Counted from the first letter of the stretch, positions 20,675 through 31,816 are shown. The stretch: DNA of 64,000 nucleotides from Trueperaceae bacterium (GCA_034520945.1 JAXHNB010000006.1:922677-986676), one strand, 5' to 3'. The notes: generated by a model not told the origin, from the letters alone. Translations and numbers: made by a program.

Positions 20675-21598
20675 ATGTTGCCTGATAGGCCTGACGAGCG
20701 AGATGACCGGGAAGAGGTAGCACCGGGCGTGAAGCTTGGACGTCCGCGGGGCCACGTAAAGACCGATCGTACGCGGCCCGAGGAGTCAGTGCCCCCACGT
20801 GCGTCGCGGGCTCCTTGGATGGCAGTGATCGGAGTCGGGCTCGTCGTCACGGCGATCGTTGTCATGCTCCAGGTGCTGCAAGGACGGCAACCGGAGGGGA
20901 CAATAAGGAACCCGGCGGTAGCCGGCGAGTTCCTTACCTATACGGACCTACCCGAGATCCAGGGCTTGATGGAACACATCAGCCTTGCCTCGGTCACGTG
21001 GATTCAGGCGTTCCCAGACGGCAGCGGCTCGTCCACCGTTGAGGAGGCCTCGGAACACATTCACGGTTTGGAACGACGCTTCGAATACGCGCGGCCTAGC
21101 GAGGCAGCCTTCGTCCAGGCATTCGAGCCACACGTGCGGGAAATCTTGTTGGACTTCCGGTCATTTTTTGGGGGCCATCGCGTTCGCATCACTCACGCCA
21201 GCGAACCTGTCGTTCGTTTCTTTCAGCACGAGGGTCAGGCAGGGATGTTCTTTCCGGGCATCGGCTTGGGCAGCAGCTTCAATACGTTCAGCACGAATGA
21301 GCGAGACAGATTGTTGCGGATCGTGTACGAGTCCGCGGTTCCGGAACTACGCGCCTTCGTTTCGCCGCTGCAAGGCACGGACGTTGCCTACGTAGGGTAC
21401 GCGATTCACTTCGGTACACGCGACTTCACGAATTCAGTCACAAACCTCGCATTGCCCGAGACGGTGATCCTGATCGCATCGCTTGAGTCCGTCGTGGATC
21501 ATCGAGAGCTTCGAATCACGGACACGGAACTGGTCGAGGAGAGCATCGTGTTCTTTGGCTCAGGGGAAAGCTTGAGACGCGTCGACGCGACACGATGA
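20675..21598 (+). CDS. Hypothetical single-pass membrane protein
   Basis: Long ORF with one TM helix (WMAVIGVGLVVTAIVVML) followed by a globular-looking domain. Confidence 0.75.
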   Translation: MLPDRPDERDDREEVAPGVKLGRPRGHVKTDRTRPEESVPPRASRAPWMAVIGVGLVVTAIVVMLQVLQGRQPEGTIRNPAVAGEFLTYTDLPEIQGLMEHISLASVTWIQAFPDGSGSSTVEEASEHIHGLERRFEYARPSEAAFVQAFEPHVREILLDFRSFFGGHRVRITHASEPVVRFFQHEGQAGMFFPGIGLGSSFNTFSTNERDRLLRIVYESAVPELRAFVSPLQGTDVAYVGYAIHFGTRDFTNSVTNLALPETVILIASLESVVDHRELRITDTELVEESIVFFGSGESLRRVDATR

Positions 21599-22297
21599 TT
21601 GGCCGCGTGTATCGTGCCGGCTGGTTGAAGCGGATGTCGGCTGGTGTGGTTTCTAAGGCCGCCGAACTATCATTGCGACTGCGGAACGCCAGACTCGCGT
21701 GGCCGGGACCCGGGAGGGCGGGATCGTCTTGAACGCGTCGTTGCGTTGACGACGTATGACCTACCACTACGGAGAGGGTCGGCAGTGCAAGACAAGGCGC
21801 TGTAAGCGCTGAATGGCACGAGATGCGTCCTCTGAGCGTAAGTGAGGACGTGCCCAATGTGCTTGGTCCGGCCGAAGAGTCGTTCGCTCTCGTTCGATCG
21901 CTTGGATAGCGCGGTGTCGCAATCCCAAGGGGGCGCATTGCGTCTGCAGGGAGAGCTACCCGCCAATCACCTCGCCCGTCGTGCCAAGCATTGGGCCTCG
22001 CGGGCGCCATACTCTTGGTCGATGATCAGTGGGAGTTTCATGTTGTTTGGCCGCATTGGGTTTGGCACCTCCCGGCCGAGCGGCGCATTCCTTCGCCGGG
22101 ATGGAACTCTATGAGGCCGGGGGTCGCCTCCAGTGGTCAAACGGAGCTTGTTGTGGACGGCCCCCCGCTTCCGTCGCTGCTGAAAGCCTGGTCATCGCCG
22201 GGCAGTGCCGAAGCGGTCAAGGCAACTGTTGCTTCTTGACGATTTATCCGGGGGTGCCCTTCGAGGCGAGCGGCTACCTTCCCTGCCGACAGGAGGC

Positions 22298-23236
22298 TTA
22301 TGGGCTTCCATCCGGGTTAGCGCGTTGTAGAATCTCGTCGCGCATTTCGTCAGGCAAGGCTTCGACCATTGCTCGCGCGGTAGTCGCCCGCTTTCGTGTC
22401 GCTTGCAGATTCGCGACGGTCTCGGCTACCGCGGCAGGGTCTGGATTCTCGGAATGCGTCAATTCATGAAAGCGCTTGGCGAGGCGTTCTTGCTCCATTC
22501 GTAGTTCCCTAAGCATCACGGAGACACGTTCGATCTTGTCTGCATGGTTGGTTGCGGCGAACGCATCGTCGTGGACTTGTTGTACTGGCTCAGTGGCTTC
22601 AGTGGCTCGCGTGACGTCCGTGCCATCGGTGTCGCCGATTAGTGCCTCAACGTCATCATTCGTGAGAGTTGAACGGTGCCTTAGGGCCGCAGCAACCGCT
22701 TCCACGCTTGCCCAGTGCTCTCGCAAGAGTTGCTCGGTTTCCTCAGACCAGCTTTCGAGGATGGTATTCCGCTCCGAATCGGTGCCATCAAGAAGGTTCA
22801 GCAATTCGATGACGCTAGGTTCTAGTTCGGGCTCGGCCTCAGGCCACGAAAGCGACCGTCTCGCGAAGTCTTCGGCTACGGTACCAGCGATGCCTGTCAT
22901 AGCTTCCCCACGTATCGCGTGAAGTGTGATTACGGCGGTGAAGTCCGCGGGGGTAGCGCTGTTAGCACCGTTGTTGACGAAGGTAGGTACCTCCTGGTTT
23001 GTAATGGTAGCGCTGGCGGGCGGGTGCCCCCACAACGTCGTAAGCTTGGCTGCAATCGTGTTGACACGGACTTCGCTGTGTGACTCGGTCACTTCGATTG
23101 ACTCCAGGCCCGCATGGAGAATCGTCGCGATGACGGCTCGCCCTGCGGCAGAATAGGCGATGATTTCGCGTGCCTGGTCTAGCATCTTGTTGTCACTGCT
23201 CGGGCCTTGATCGTGGTTGAGATCGTTCATTCGCAA
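22298..23236 (-). CDS. M41/FtsH-protease-like protein with degenerate zinc motif and C-terminal coiled coil
   Basis: IIAYSAAGRAVIA aligns to TAYHEAGHAxxA; IAGTVAED; LLREHWASVEAVAAALRHRSTLTNDDVEALI resembles the FtsH C-terminal helix. Confidence 0.65.
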   Translation of the reverse strand: MRMNDLNHDQGPSSDNKMLDQAREIIAYSAAGRAVIATILHAGLESIEVTESHSEVRVNTIAAKLTTLWGHPPASATITNQEVPTFVNNGANSATPADFTAVITLHAIRGEAMTGIAGTVAEDFARRSLSWPEAEPELEPSVIELLNLLDGTDSERNTILESWSEETEQLLREHWASVEAVAAALRHRSTLTNDDVEALIGDTDGTDVTRATEATEPVQQVHDDAFAATNHADKIERVSVMLRELRMEQERLAKRFHELTHSENPDPAAVAETVANLQATRKRATTARAMVEALPDEMRDEILQRANPDGSP

Positions 23237-24379
23237 CTACACCGTCCGACCGCTCTGGCGTACTGACTTAGTGCCCATTGTCCGTTACTGTTTAGAGTAG
23301 CGCAGTGTGTGTGCGCCGGGAATTAGAACGTTCACTCTGCACCGTATTGCGCTAGCCTCGGCGATGCGCGACAGTTGCTTGAGTGAACGCCTGGCCGTGC
23401 CAACTCGGTGCGCCATGTGGGTGCCGCGGTCATCATTAGTGGTCGCCAGCTGCGGAGTCGGCATTTTGTGGACCAGCATGCGCCTGGGAGGACTGCTTTG
23501 CTTGACGTGGAGCCGCGCGTCCGGCGGAGGAGGAGGAGGAGGAGGGGTCGCGGGTTGGAACCCTTGCCATGCTCTTCCATGCGTACGCTGGTTCAGGCGC
23601 GCTGTCGGCTCGATGCAACCTGGGATTCGTGCGTTGTGCGCGTCCAGACCGTGGATGGCACAAGCCCCACACCAACAAGCCATGATTCCTGGACAAGCGG
23701 GCACACCACTTGGTCGTGCTCGATTTACGGGGTTGGGCGCCTCAGTGGGCATCCGCAATTGGTCCAGCTCGCAAGCCACGGCCGGGCAGCTTCGGGGAGG
23801 GCGCCTTTTGGCGTCCCGTGTGGTGTCCACAGGGGGCCATGAAGGCCTTCGAGAGTCGTGCCCAGGGTGCTATAACTAGGTAGCGTCGATTTGTCATGAT
23901 CATGACGCTCTGATGATGGTGTTTGCGGGGATCCTCGGGAATGGTGTAACTTGATCTCACTCGTCGTAGAGGTCACGGGTAATTCCGGTCACCGTTTCGG
24001 CGAGTGCGGGGCGCGCGCTCTTGGGCGAGCTCCGGAACCAAGGATCCGAACGAGGCCACACGTCATGATCGAGCGCTATGGCGCCCATGATTGGCGATGC
24101 TTCGATCGGTCTGAGGGGCCCGGCTAGAACGGGGACTGCACGAAGCCGGGGCTGAAGGCCGGAAGGCTGGACCAGCTGCAGGGGCCTGTAGGGGCCTGAA
24201 CCAGCCGATCAGCAGCACCTGCATGTCTGCTGGGCTCAGTTGCGACGGCCGATGGGGCGACGCGAGCTGATTCGCCAAATGTCGGATCATTGCTTTGATC
24301 CGAAACGTCGCAAGAGAGCAGAAGGCGGGGGAAGGCTTCGTGCCTCTCCTAGGGAGACCTTTTGCTCTATTGCTCTAAC

Positions 24380-25480
24380 CTTCAAGGGCTCAACGAGCTG
24401 TCGCCGATTCGGATAATCCGATCCGCGCTATGCACGTTGGATGAAGTACTGTCATAGGGCCCAATCACGGTCAATATCGTTAGCGGACCGCGCGATGGAT
24501 ATGCACACCGGTTGTGGCGTGGCGAAACGCCCGTTGACTGCGTTGCAGCAAGTTCGAGCGACCTTGGTCGTACAGTCGGCAGGGCCACCATGCGCAGGCG
24601 AACACGTTCCTCCGCGTCGGTAAGACACGGCGTGCGTTGCGTACCCCCCATATTTCCGTCCGTGGCCATCGTTTAGGCGGTCAAGCGAGCTCTTGGCGCA
24701 TCTGGCCACGCGGTGCGCTTTGTGAACACGCTGGCATTCACTGGTCGGCGTGGACCCGAGCGCCAATGGAGTGGTGACGAGACTGGGTGCGGCGCGTGGC
24801 CGCGTCATCCCCTGAAGGCGCTGGGGCTGCCGGATTTCTTCAAGTAGCGCCGCCGATTTTGGCGTCGAAGTCGAAGGTGACAAGCGCGACGTGAACGACT
24901 GGTTGCTGGACCGAGCGTTCGTCGTCGCCGAGACCGCCATCAACAGTTCCGCCAAGCGCAGGACGCTTCAGGGCGCCGAGGACGCGTTCACCCTCGGTCA
25001 GAAACGCAGGCTCGGGCCGGACGGGGTACTTCTGGAGGCCCTGCGGAGGTCTCGCCGATTCAAGGGCTTCCAGGACGCCCTGCGCACTAAGCAAGTCACG
25101 CCCCACGAGGCGCGCGTGGTGTCTTGCAGGTTCATGATCGTGTACGATCCCCAGCTAGTGGAGCGAGAGCAGCTCAAGCGGAATGACGTCCGGTGGGACA
25201 CCGAGCTGCGCTTTGCCAACCTCTTCAAGTTCCAAGGTGCGGCACACTCCAAGATGGCATGGCGTGCAACCTGCGGGCCCACCCGACCTTCGGGCGGTAC
25301 GTCCGCCACAATGAGACCGGGATCCTAAGTGTTCACGGGGAAGGATTGATCGCGAAGCGATGCTGGAAGGGCAGTTCCTCGTTGCTATTGGCGCCCGGCA
25401 CTGGAGCGCAGAGGCCATGGCGCTGGGGCATAAGCCACTGCACGAGGTGGGACGCGCCCACAGGGACTTGAAGCGCGCCG
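24380..25480 (+). pseudogene. Probable decayed gene of unknown family
   Basis: Protein-like stretches (DFGVEVEGDKRDVNDWLLDRAFVVAETAINSS...) broken by stops and frameshifts. Confidence 0.35.
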
Positions 25481-26338
25481 TCGACAGGCGGCCCGTCTAG
25501 CACTGGCATTGTGAGCGGATTCGCGCGCACACGCTTTGCTGGCCCGCCTTTCTCGTGTTCCGTGTGCTGGAGAACCAGGTTCGGACGGACGTAGTTCCAG
25601 CTCAAACGGATTCGTCATTCGTTGTCGACGCCGCTGCACACCATCCAAACCGGCTTCATCGCGAAAACCAACAAGCCCAACTCGAATGAGAAAGCCGTCC
25701 TGGACGTCCTGAACCTGATGCTACCTCTCAGGTACTTCGCGGCCCTCCCTTCGGCTGCGTGAACCCGTAGGCAAACACCATCTGCGTGACCTCAATGGCG
25801 GTTCTGGCGTCCTACAAGACCCGAACGGCCGTTCCGTAGGACTTCTGATTGTGGAGCGCCAGACTGATCAGGAGGCTGTTTACGTCAGCGACCCGCCGTA
25901 GAACGGGGATGATGATGTTCGCGCGACCCCAGTTGCGTGATGCGACAAGCGTCACGTCGAATCGCTAGACGATGATCTCTGGCTGGGCCATTGCTGGTGA
26001 CGAGCTACCCATCATGCGTCAGCGTGAATTGGCCCGTGCCGTACATTAATTCAGGCGTCCGGCTTGAGCTGTGCCTTTGAGATCGGGCGGACGATTCAAT
26101 CCGGTGCTGCTTAGCTTCGAAGAATGCGGGGCGGAGGCTTCGGCGGCGGCTCATTGCTAAGTGGTCCGCTTTCTGGGAAAGGTGGGGTAAGACGCATTCT
26201 GGTAGCCCGTAGCCGGACGTTCGACTACTGCGATCGAAGTCGCCGGCTGCGATTCCTTGTGCACGCGCAGCGAGGAACTCAGGCTGGCTACGGTATACAC
26301 TCAGTTCAGGCTCGCGTTTTGTAGAAAGGTTAGTTGTT

Positions 26339-27217
26339 ATGGACGACCGCTTTGGCATCAAGTTGCTTGCCGCTGTTCCTGCAGCCCACTCGGAGGTAGC
26401 GGGGCAGATTGCGGAACTTCTTGATGTCGACGTAGTTGAAGTCGAGCGAGCACTGGCTAGTAGTCCGGACGTGCCGGCGATGACAGCGCCATCGCGCGAA
26501 GGTGCCGAGCGCATGCAAGATGCTTTCGCGGCCGTAGGGATCGCGTCTAGGATCGTGGCGCTTGAATCGGGATCTGTTGGTCAAGGCACGCGAAGAATCG
26601 CTACAGAGGGTCGCTACACGGTTGCTCCAGGTGAGAAGGCAGAGATTCCCGAGCCCTTGCACGAAAGAGGTGAGGCCGCGCCCGATTCGTCGTCTGGTAG
26701 CGGCGTGGGCGCTGTAGGACGTTGGATTGCGCAAGTCGACCGAGCACGTACGACTGAGCCATCTCCGCAGTCCGGTGGTCTTACCATCACAATTCCACCG
26801 ATGAACCGGGAGCAGCGCATCGTTGTTGTGGCTGCTGGCGTAACGGTGCTGGGGCTGTTCGCTCCGGTCATTCGGGGGCCGTTGGGGGTGACGTTTAGCT
26901 TCGTCGATGGATCGAGCTTCACTGCGCTCGTACTGTTCGCGGCATGCGTGCTGGTTGCAGGGCTCGTCGCGACTCGGCGGACGGCTCTCGCGGTGATTCC
27001 CTTGGCCGCCTTGGCGAGCACCCTCGGGTATCGCTTCGTACGGCTGTCGTGGGAGATGATCCGTCTCGAAGGAGAGATCCAGTCGATGCAGCAGGAAGAC
27101 GTTTTTGGTCTCTCCAGCGCGTTGTTCGGCAGCGTTGGGATGGCATGGGGATGGGTGCCTCTCCTGCTTGGCGTTGGCGTGATGATCTACGGTGTTGCAT
27201 CTCTCCTGCGCCAGTGA
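26339..27217 (+). CDS. Membrane protein with N-terminal bL12(L7/L12)-CTD-like domain
   Basis: FGIKL...EVAGQIAELLDV...VERALASSP...SREGAERMQDAFAAVG resembles the bL12 CTD; about 4 TM helices C-terminally. Confidence 0.7.
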   Translation: MDDRFGIKLLAAVPAAHSEVAGQIAELLDVDVVEVERALASSPDVPAMTAPSREGAERMQDAFAAVGIASRIVALESGSVGQGTRRIATEGRYTVAPGEKAEIPEPLHERGEAAPDSSSGSGVGAVGRWIAQVDRARTTEPSPQSGGLTITIPPMNREQRIVVVAAGVTVLGLFAPVIRGPLGVTFSFVDGSSFTALVLFAACVLVAGLVATRRTALAVIPLAALASTLGYRFVRLSWEMIRLEGEIQSMQQEDVFGLSSALFGSVGMAWGWVPLLLGVGVMIYGVASLLRQ

Positions 27218-27608
27218 CGGGACCGACCGCCTGTCCATGCTGCTCGGACGCCCCAATCGCTTGACTCTGCGTTGAGTGGCCGAGCACCGAATGCGTTGAT
27301 CGGCTGGCTTGCTCTCCTGACGTGTTCATCTGCGCCGCGCCGCGGCAGCGGGAAAGTGGCGCCTATCGTTGCGGCATTGCGAGGCGGTGTACCCAGCAGG
27401 GGCCGAACTCATGCCGGCTTGCTCCAAGCAATTGCCCATCCCCAGCACGGGGCGTGCGAGAAATGCGCCACGATCGCGTGAGATGATGACGAGCGACAGC
27501 GTCCTTGAGAGTCTAAGAGGAGTCCAATTCCGTTTCGTGCAGGTGCGAAATGGGCTCTACCTACTGGATCGAGGAGACCTCAGCTTCTCGGACATGCTGG
27601 TTCGGCTA

Positions 27609-28410
27609 GGCCCTGTTCACACTAGGTGTTGTGATGCGGTATGCAGCTTTCGGAGGAGCAGTTCGCGCTGGTCGAGCACCTGTTGCCCAAACAGCGTGGC
27701 AATGTCTGGATCGACAACATGACGTTCCTGAACGCGATTCTCTACGTCGCCGTGAACGGGTGCACTTGGCGTTGATTGCCCAAGAAGTACGGCCGGTGGC
27801 ACACGGTCTACACCCGCATGAGGAGATGGGCGGACAACGGCGTGTTGGACAGGGTGTTCGAGGAACTCCAGTTGTTGAACATCTTGAAGGTGAAGATCGA
27901 GGTGGTCGCCATCGACAGCACCAACATCAAGGTGTACCCCGACGGGACGGGCGCGCTGAACAAGGGGGGCCGCAAGCCATTGGATGCAGCCGCGGCGGGC
28001 GGGGCAGCAAGCTTCATCTGGCTGCCGCGGGCCGGGGGTAGGTCCTCGGCTTCGCGTTGACGCCCGGCCAAGCGCACGACGCGCCACCCGGACGCGACCT
28101 GCTGCAGGAGATCGGCCTGGACAACATGCAACTCCCGCTGATCATGGATCGCGCCTATGAGGGCAACGAGACACGATGGTTGGCGCAGTCCCTCGGCTTC
28201 GATCCGGTCGTGCCGCCCCTGCAGACGCGCCGGGACCCCAGGGCGTACGACACGGAGCTGTACAAGCGCCGCAACGAGATCGAGCGCCTGTTCGGCCGCA
28301 TCAAACGCTTCAGGCGCGTCTTCACCCGCTACGACAAGACCGACCTCATGTTCAGCGCCTTCATCACCCTCGTCTTCATTGTGGACCTACTCCGCAGTGT
28401 GAACACGCCC
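27609..28410 (+). mobile_element. IS5 family (IS427-like) insertion sequence, inactive
   Basis: IRs GGCCCTGTTCACACT / AGTGTGAACACGCCC (13/15), flanked by TA in a CTAG context. Confidence 0.92.
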
Positions 28411-28413
28411 TAG
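27641..28413 (+). pseudogene. IS5 family transposase pseudogene
   Basis: MQLSEEQF...NAILYV...WR*LP..YG.WHTVY.R; AIDST; second frame SRGG..SKLH..*..TPGQAHD, MDRAY, YKRRNEIERLF. In-frame stops in both parts. Confidence 0.92.
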
Positions 28414-28450
28414 CCGCCAGGTACTTGACGTTCTCCACCCCATCAAGACC

Positions 28451-29200
28451 GATCGCGCTGTGGGCGGCGTGGGCGTTGCCATTGCGTAGGAGGCTGGTCA
28501 GGACGTACTGATCGGCCTCCTGCTGGAACTGGATGGCGGCGACCAGCGGCAGGTAGCAGTGCCCGCCGTAGAAGCCGTTGAACAGTGCGCCCTGCTGGGT
28601 GCCGTGCGTGGGGTCGTCGGTGCCGTCCAGGTCGATCGTGATGCGTTTCGCCCGGCCCCGCCGGCGCGTGCGGTGCCGCTCGATCACGCACTCGGCGAGC
28701 GCGACGCCCATCTCGAACACTTCGCGCCGGGTCACGTCGTTCTCGAAGCGCGACAGGGTCGGTTGCGACGCGAGGTCCCGCCCGCCCTCGGGGTCCCGGT
28801 CCAACACCAGCTTGTGCATAGGGTCGTCCCGCAGGCGATCGGCGTCGTTGCCGTCCTCGTACCCGCACGCGATCCCCACCACCCGCTGGCGGACCACGTC
28901 CCGAAGAGGGTGCTGCACGCGTTCCGGGTTTCGCCGGTCCACCAGGACCGACGCCATCGCGTTCGTCAAGCCCAGCCGATCGTCCGCGCCGCGCAACAAG
29001 ACCGCGCCCCCGTCGCTGGTACTCACCGGGTGATCGAACCGGGCGACGACCGGCTTGGTGAACCACCCCTCGAACAGAACCGACTGTCGCGTGCTATCCT
29101 CGCTCATTAGAAGGCCTCCAACGTGTAGAAAGTTCGTGCCTCACACCCTTTCTACCACGTTGGAGGCCTTCACTCCTTCAAGACTCATGAATTATCCCGG
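28451..29200 (-). mobile_element. IS1380 family element, truncated (5' half only)
   Basis: Transposase N-terminus from ATG 29107 (TSDGGAVLL, GYEDGNDA, LASQPTLSRFEN, IDLDGT); left IR CCGGGATAATTCATGAG; homology to the full copy ends at ~28451. Confidence 0.92.
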
Positions 29201-29335
29201 CTAGACAAACCCAACCCCGCCAACGTACAACCTGAACCGAGCAACACCTGAGTCAAGCTCGCGAAAGGACCTGAGCAAAGCTAGTGAGAAGTGACAGCGT
29301 GCCGGCGCCCCTCGCGAGCCCCGTATGATCGAGCC

Positions 29336-29818
29336 ATGATCCGCCTACGCAGCCTCATCCTCACCAGCCTCGCCAGCCTGCTGTTGGCCCCCGCCCACGC
29401 GGACGACCTGTCGAGTCTTCGCAACGAGAACCTCCAAGCGATCTCCTTCTACTGCGTTGAGACGCGCATCCATTGGGATCGGCATCAGGATTTCGTAGAA
29501 TCCGCCGTCAAATCCGAGTTCGCAGCCGTCGCACGCGATCGCGGATTCCCGCTGGTCGACTGTTCCGACGCCGACGGCTGGATCTACGCCATCATCGAGG
29601 TCGAGCCTCAAGGCGTTGCCATGAGACTCGAAGTAGTTCAGATGCTCCCTTTAGCCAACCCACTCGGCGGAGTGCTCGTGGCTCCGACGCTCTGGTCGGC
29701 AAGCTACCTGACGACCTACCCGGGCACCCCCTCCGACTCGGTGATTCCCGACGTTGTCGTTGGCGGCACCAGCGGCCTCTTCCAAGCCCTGATCCACAAC
29801 TGGCGCGACGCCAAATGA
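29336..29818 (+). CDS. Secreted hypothetical protein
   Basis: Signal peptide MIRLRSLILTSLASLLLAPAHA; TATGAT 6 nt upstream of ATG. Confidence 0.8.
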   Translation: MIRLRSLILTSLASLLLAPAHADDLSSLRNENLQAISFYCVETRIHWDRHQDFVESAVKSEFAAVARDRGFPLVDCSDADGWIYAIIEVEPQGVAMRLEVVQMLPLANPLGGVLVAPTLWSASYLTTYPGTPSDSVIPDVVVGGTSGLFQALIHNWRDAK

Positions 29819-29862
29819 ACGAGCCCCTCGGGCCGAATCACAGAATCCCCTCCAGGCACTAG

Positions 29863-31586
29863 CGCGATTTATTCATGAGAGGCGTGCTTAGGGGGTTTCG
29901 GGGGGGCGGGGGGGTTGGGCGTCGTGATTCCGGGGTGGGGGCTTGTCGGTGGGCGCGGTGGGGTCTCGTTGGAGGCGTTGAGGGCAGTTCGGGCGTCGTG
30001 AACGGCGAATTTTTGGTGTCGAAGGGCCGGTTGGGGTGTAGGGGGTCCGCTCGCCGCCGGAGTTCGGCGTCGACGGGACACACGGCGGGGGTCTTGGTCC
30101 GCCTTGGCGTGGGTCAGGCGGTGGTGGTGGCCTGGAGGGAGCTTGCCACGCGGGCCCATTCGCGCCGCCAGGGCGCGTCGCGGGGGAGGTGCAGCACGAT
30201 GCGGCGGGTGGAGGTCTTGATCCACGCGCCGAGCTTGATGAGGCGTTCGCGGAGGGTGCCCGCGTACGCGCGGGCGAGGCCGGTGCCGGTCGCGTGCAGC
30301 CGGAGTTCCTGGTAGAGGGCGTACGCGGCGGTGTGGACCAGCAGGCGGGCTTGGTTGGCGAGGAACCGCGTGCAGCTGAGCCGGCCTGCGGCGAGGTGCT
30401 CCTGGAGTTCTTTGAGGCGGTTCTCGACGTCGCCGCGCTTGGCGTAGATGCGGCGGTAGACGGTCTCCGGGTCGGCGCTGATGTTGGTGATGATGAAGCG
30501 GGGGTTGTCGCGCGCCTCCCGTCCGGGGTACCGGGTGACCTCCGCCTTGTACGCGACCTTTCTCTTGTGCGGCCAGCTGCGCGCCTGGTAGGGGGCGTGC
30601 CCGTACCGGCGTTTGCTCTGCCCGCTCGCCCGGCTGGCCTGGCGGGCTTCTTCTAGGAGGGGTTCCGCGAGGCGTTCCAGCACCGCGTTCTTGGCCGGCG
30701 CCACTACGAACTCCACGCCTTCTTCTTCGAGGAACGAGAAGATCTCGGGCGTGGCGAACCCGCCGTCCAACCGCACCCGCAAGCGCGCCTTCGGGAACGC
30801 ATCGCGGAGGCGCACCAGGATGCGCCGCAGCAGGGGGATCGCGCCGTGGGCGGCGTGGGCGTTGCCATTGCGTAGGAGGCTGGTCAGGACGTACTGGTCC
30901 GCTTTCTGCTCGAACTGCATGGCGGCGACCAGCGGCAGGTAGCAGTGCCCGCCGTAGAAGCCGTTGAACAGTGCGCCCTGCTGGGTGCCGTGCGTGGGGT
31001 CGTCGGTGCCGTCCAGGTCGACCGTGATGCGTTTCGCCCGGCCCCGCCGGCGCGTGCGGTGCCGCTCGATCACGCACTCGGCGAGCGCGACGCCCATCTC
31101 GAACACTTCGCGCCGGGTCACGTCGTTCTCGAAGCGCGACAGGGTCGGTTGCGACGCGAGGTCCCGCCCGCCCTCGGGGTCCCGGTCCAACACCAGCTTG
31201 TGCATAGGGTCGTCCCGCAGGCGATCGGCGTCGTTGCCGTCCTCGTACCCGCACGCGATCCCCACCACCCGCTGGCGGACCACGTCCCGAAGAGGGTGCT
31301 GCACGCGTTCCGGGTTTCGCCGGTCCACCAGGACCGACGCCATCGAGGTCGTCAAGTCCAGCCGATCGTCCGCGCCACGAAGCAGGACCGCGCCCCCATC
31401 ACTCGTGCCGAGCGGCTGATCGAACATGGCGACCAGCGGCTTCGTGAACCACCCTTCGAACAAGACAGGCTGTCGCGTGCTATCCTCGCTCACTAGAAGG
31501 CCTCCAACGTGTAGAAAGTTTGTGCCTCACACGCTTTCTACCACGTTCGAGGCCTTCACGCTTTCAAGACTCACGATTTATCCGCG
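29863..31586 (-). mobile_element. IS1380 family element, full length (~1.72 kb)
   Basis: Imperfect IRs CGCGATTTATTCATGAG / CGCGGATAAATCGTGAG; flanks CTAG and TTAA do not match. Confidence 0.9.
30114..31493 (-). CDS. IS1380 family DDE transposase
   Basis: VDLDGT, RLDGGF, YAKRGDVENRLKE, FLANQARL, TLRERLIKLGA. Confidence 0.95.
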   Translation of the reverse strand: MSEDSTRQPVLFEGWFTKPLVAMFDQPLGTSDGGAVLLRGADDRLDLTTSMASVLVDRRNPERVQHPLRDVVRQRVVGIACGYEDGNDADRLRDDPMHKLVLDRDPEGGRDLASQPTLSRFENDVTRREVFEMGVALAECVIERHRTRRRGRAKRITVDLDGTDDPTHGTQQGALFNGFYGGHCYLPLVAAMQFEQKADQYVLTSLLRNGNAHAAHGAIPLLRRILVRLRDAFPKARLRVRLDGGFATPEIFSFLEEEGVEFVVAPAKNAVLERLAEPLLEEARQASRASGQSKRRYGHAPYQARSWPHKRKVAYKAEVTRYPGREARDNPRFIITNISADPETVYRRIYAKRGDVENRLKELQEHLAAGRLSCTRFLANQARLLVHTAAYALYQELRLHATGTGLARAYAGTLRERLIKLGAWIKTSTRRIVLHLPRDAPWRREWARVASSLQATTTA

Positions 31587-31816
31587 TTAAGTGGATCGTC
31601 GAGCCGGAACCCTCCTCCGTGTGCGTCGAAGGGCGCTCAGACGGGCCTGCGCCCCCCTCCACGTGTCCACGGCCGTCCATCCACGCGGCGTTTCGAGCCT
31701 GTCGTGTACGAGGGCTTCACGGTGGCTTTCGGGGGGCTTTGGAACGGCATCGGACTGCTACGCGGGTCCCGTACCCGCCCAAACCGTACGGCTTTCAACC
31801 TGCTAGCGTTGAGTAC

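Noticed and set aside
23470..23580. (GGA)5 run followed by GGTCGCGGGTTGGAACCC...TCCA resembling a tRNA 3' end
   Set aside because: No TTC T-loop, poor T stem, no cloverleaf, and no match to the tRNAs in this window.
27773..27775. In-frame TGA in the IS5 transposase as a recoding site
   Set aside because: A second stop in the downstream frame and an eroded slippery site indicate simple decay.
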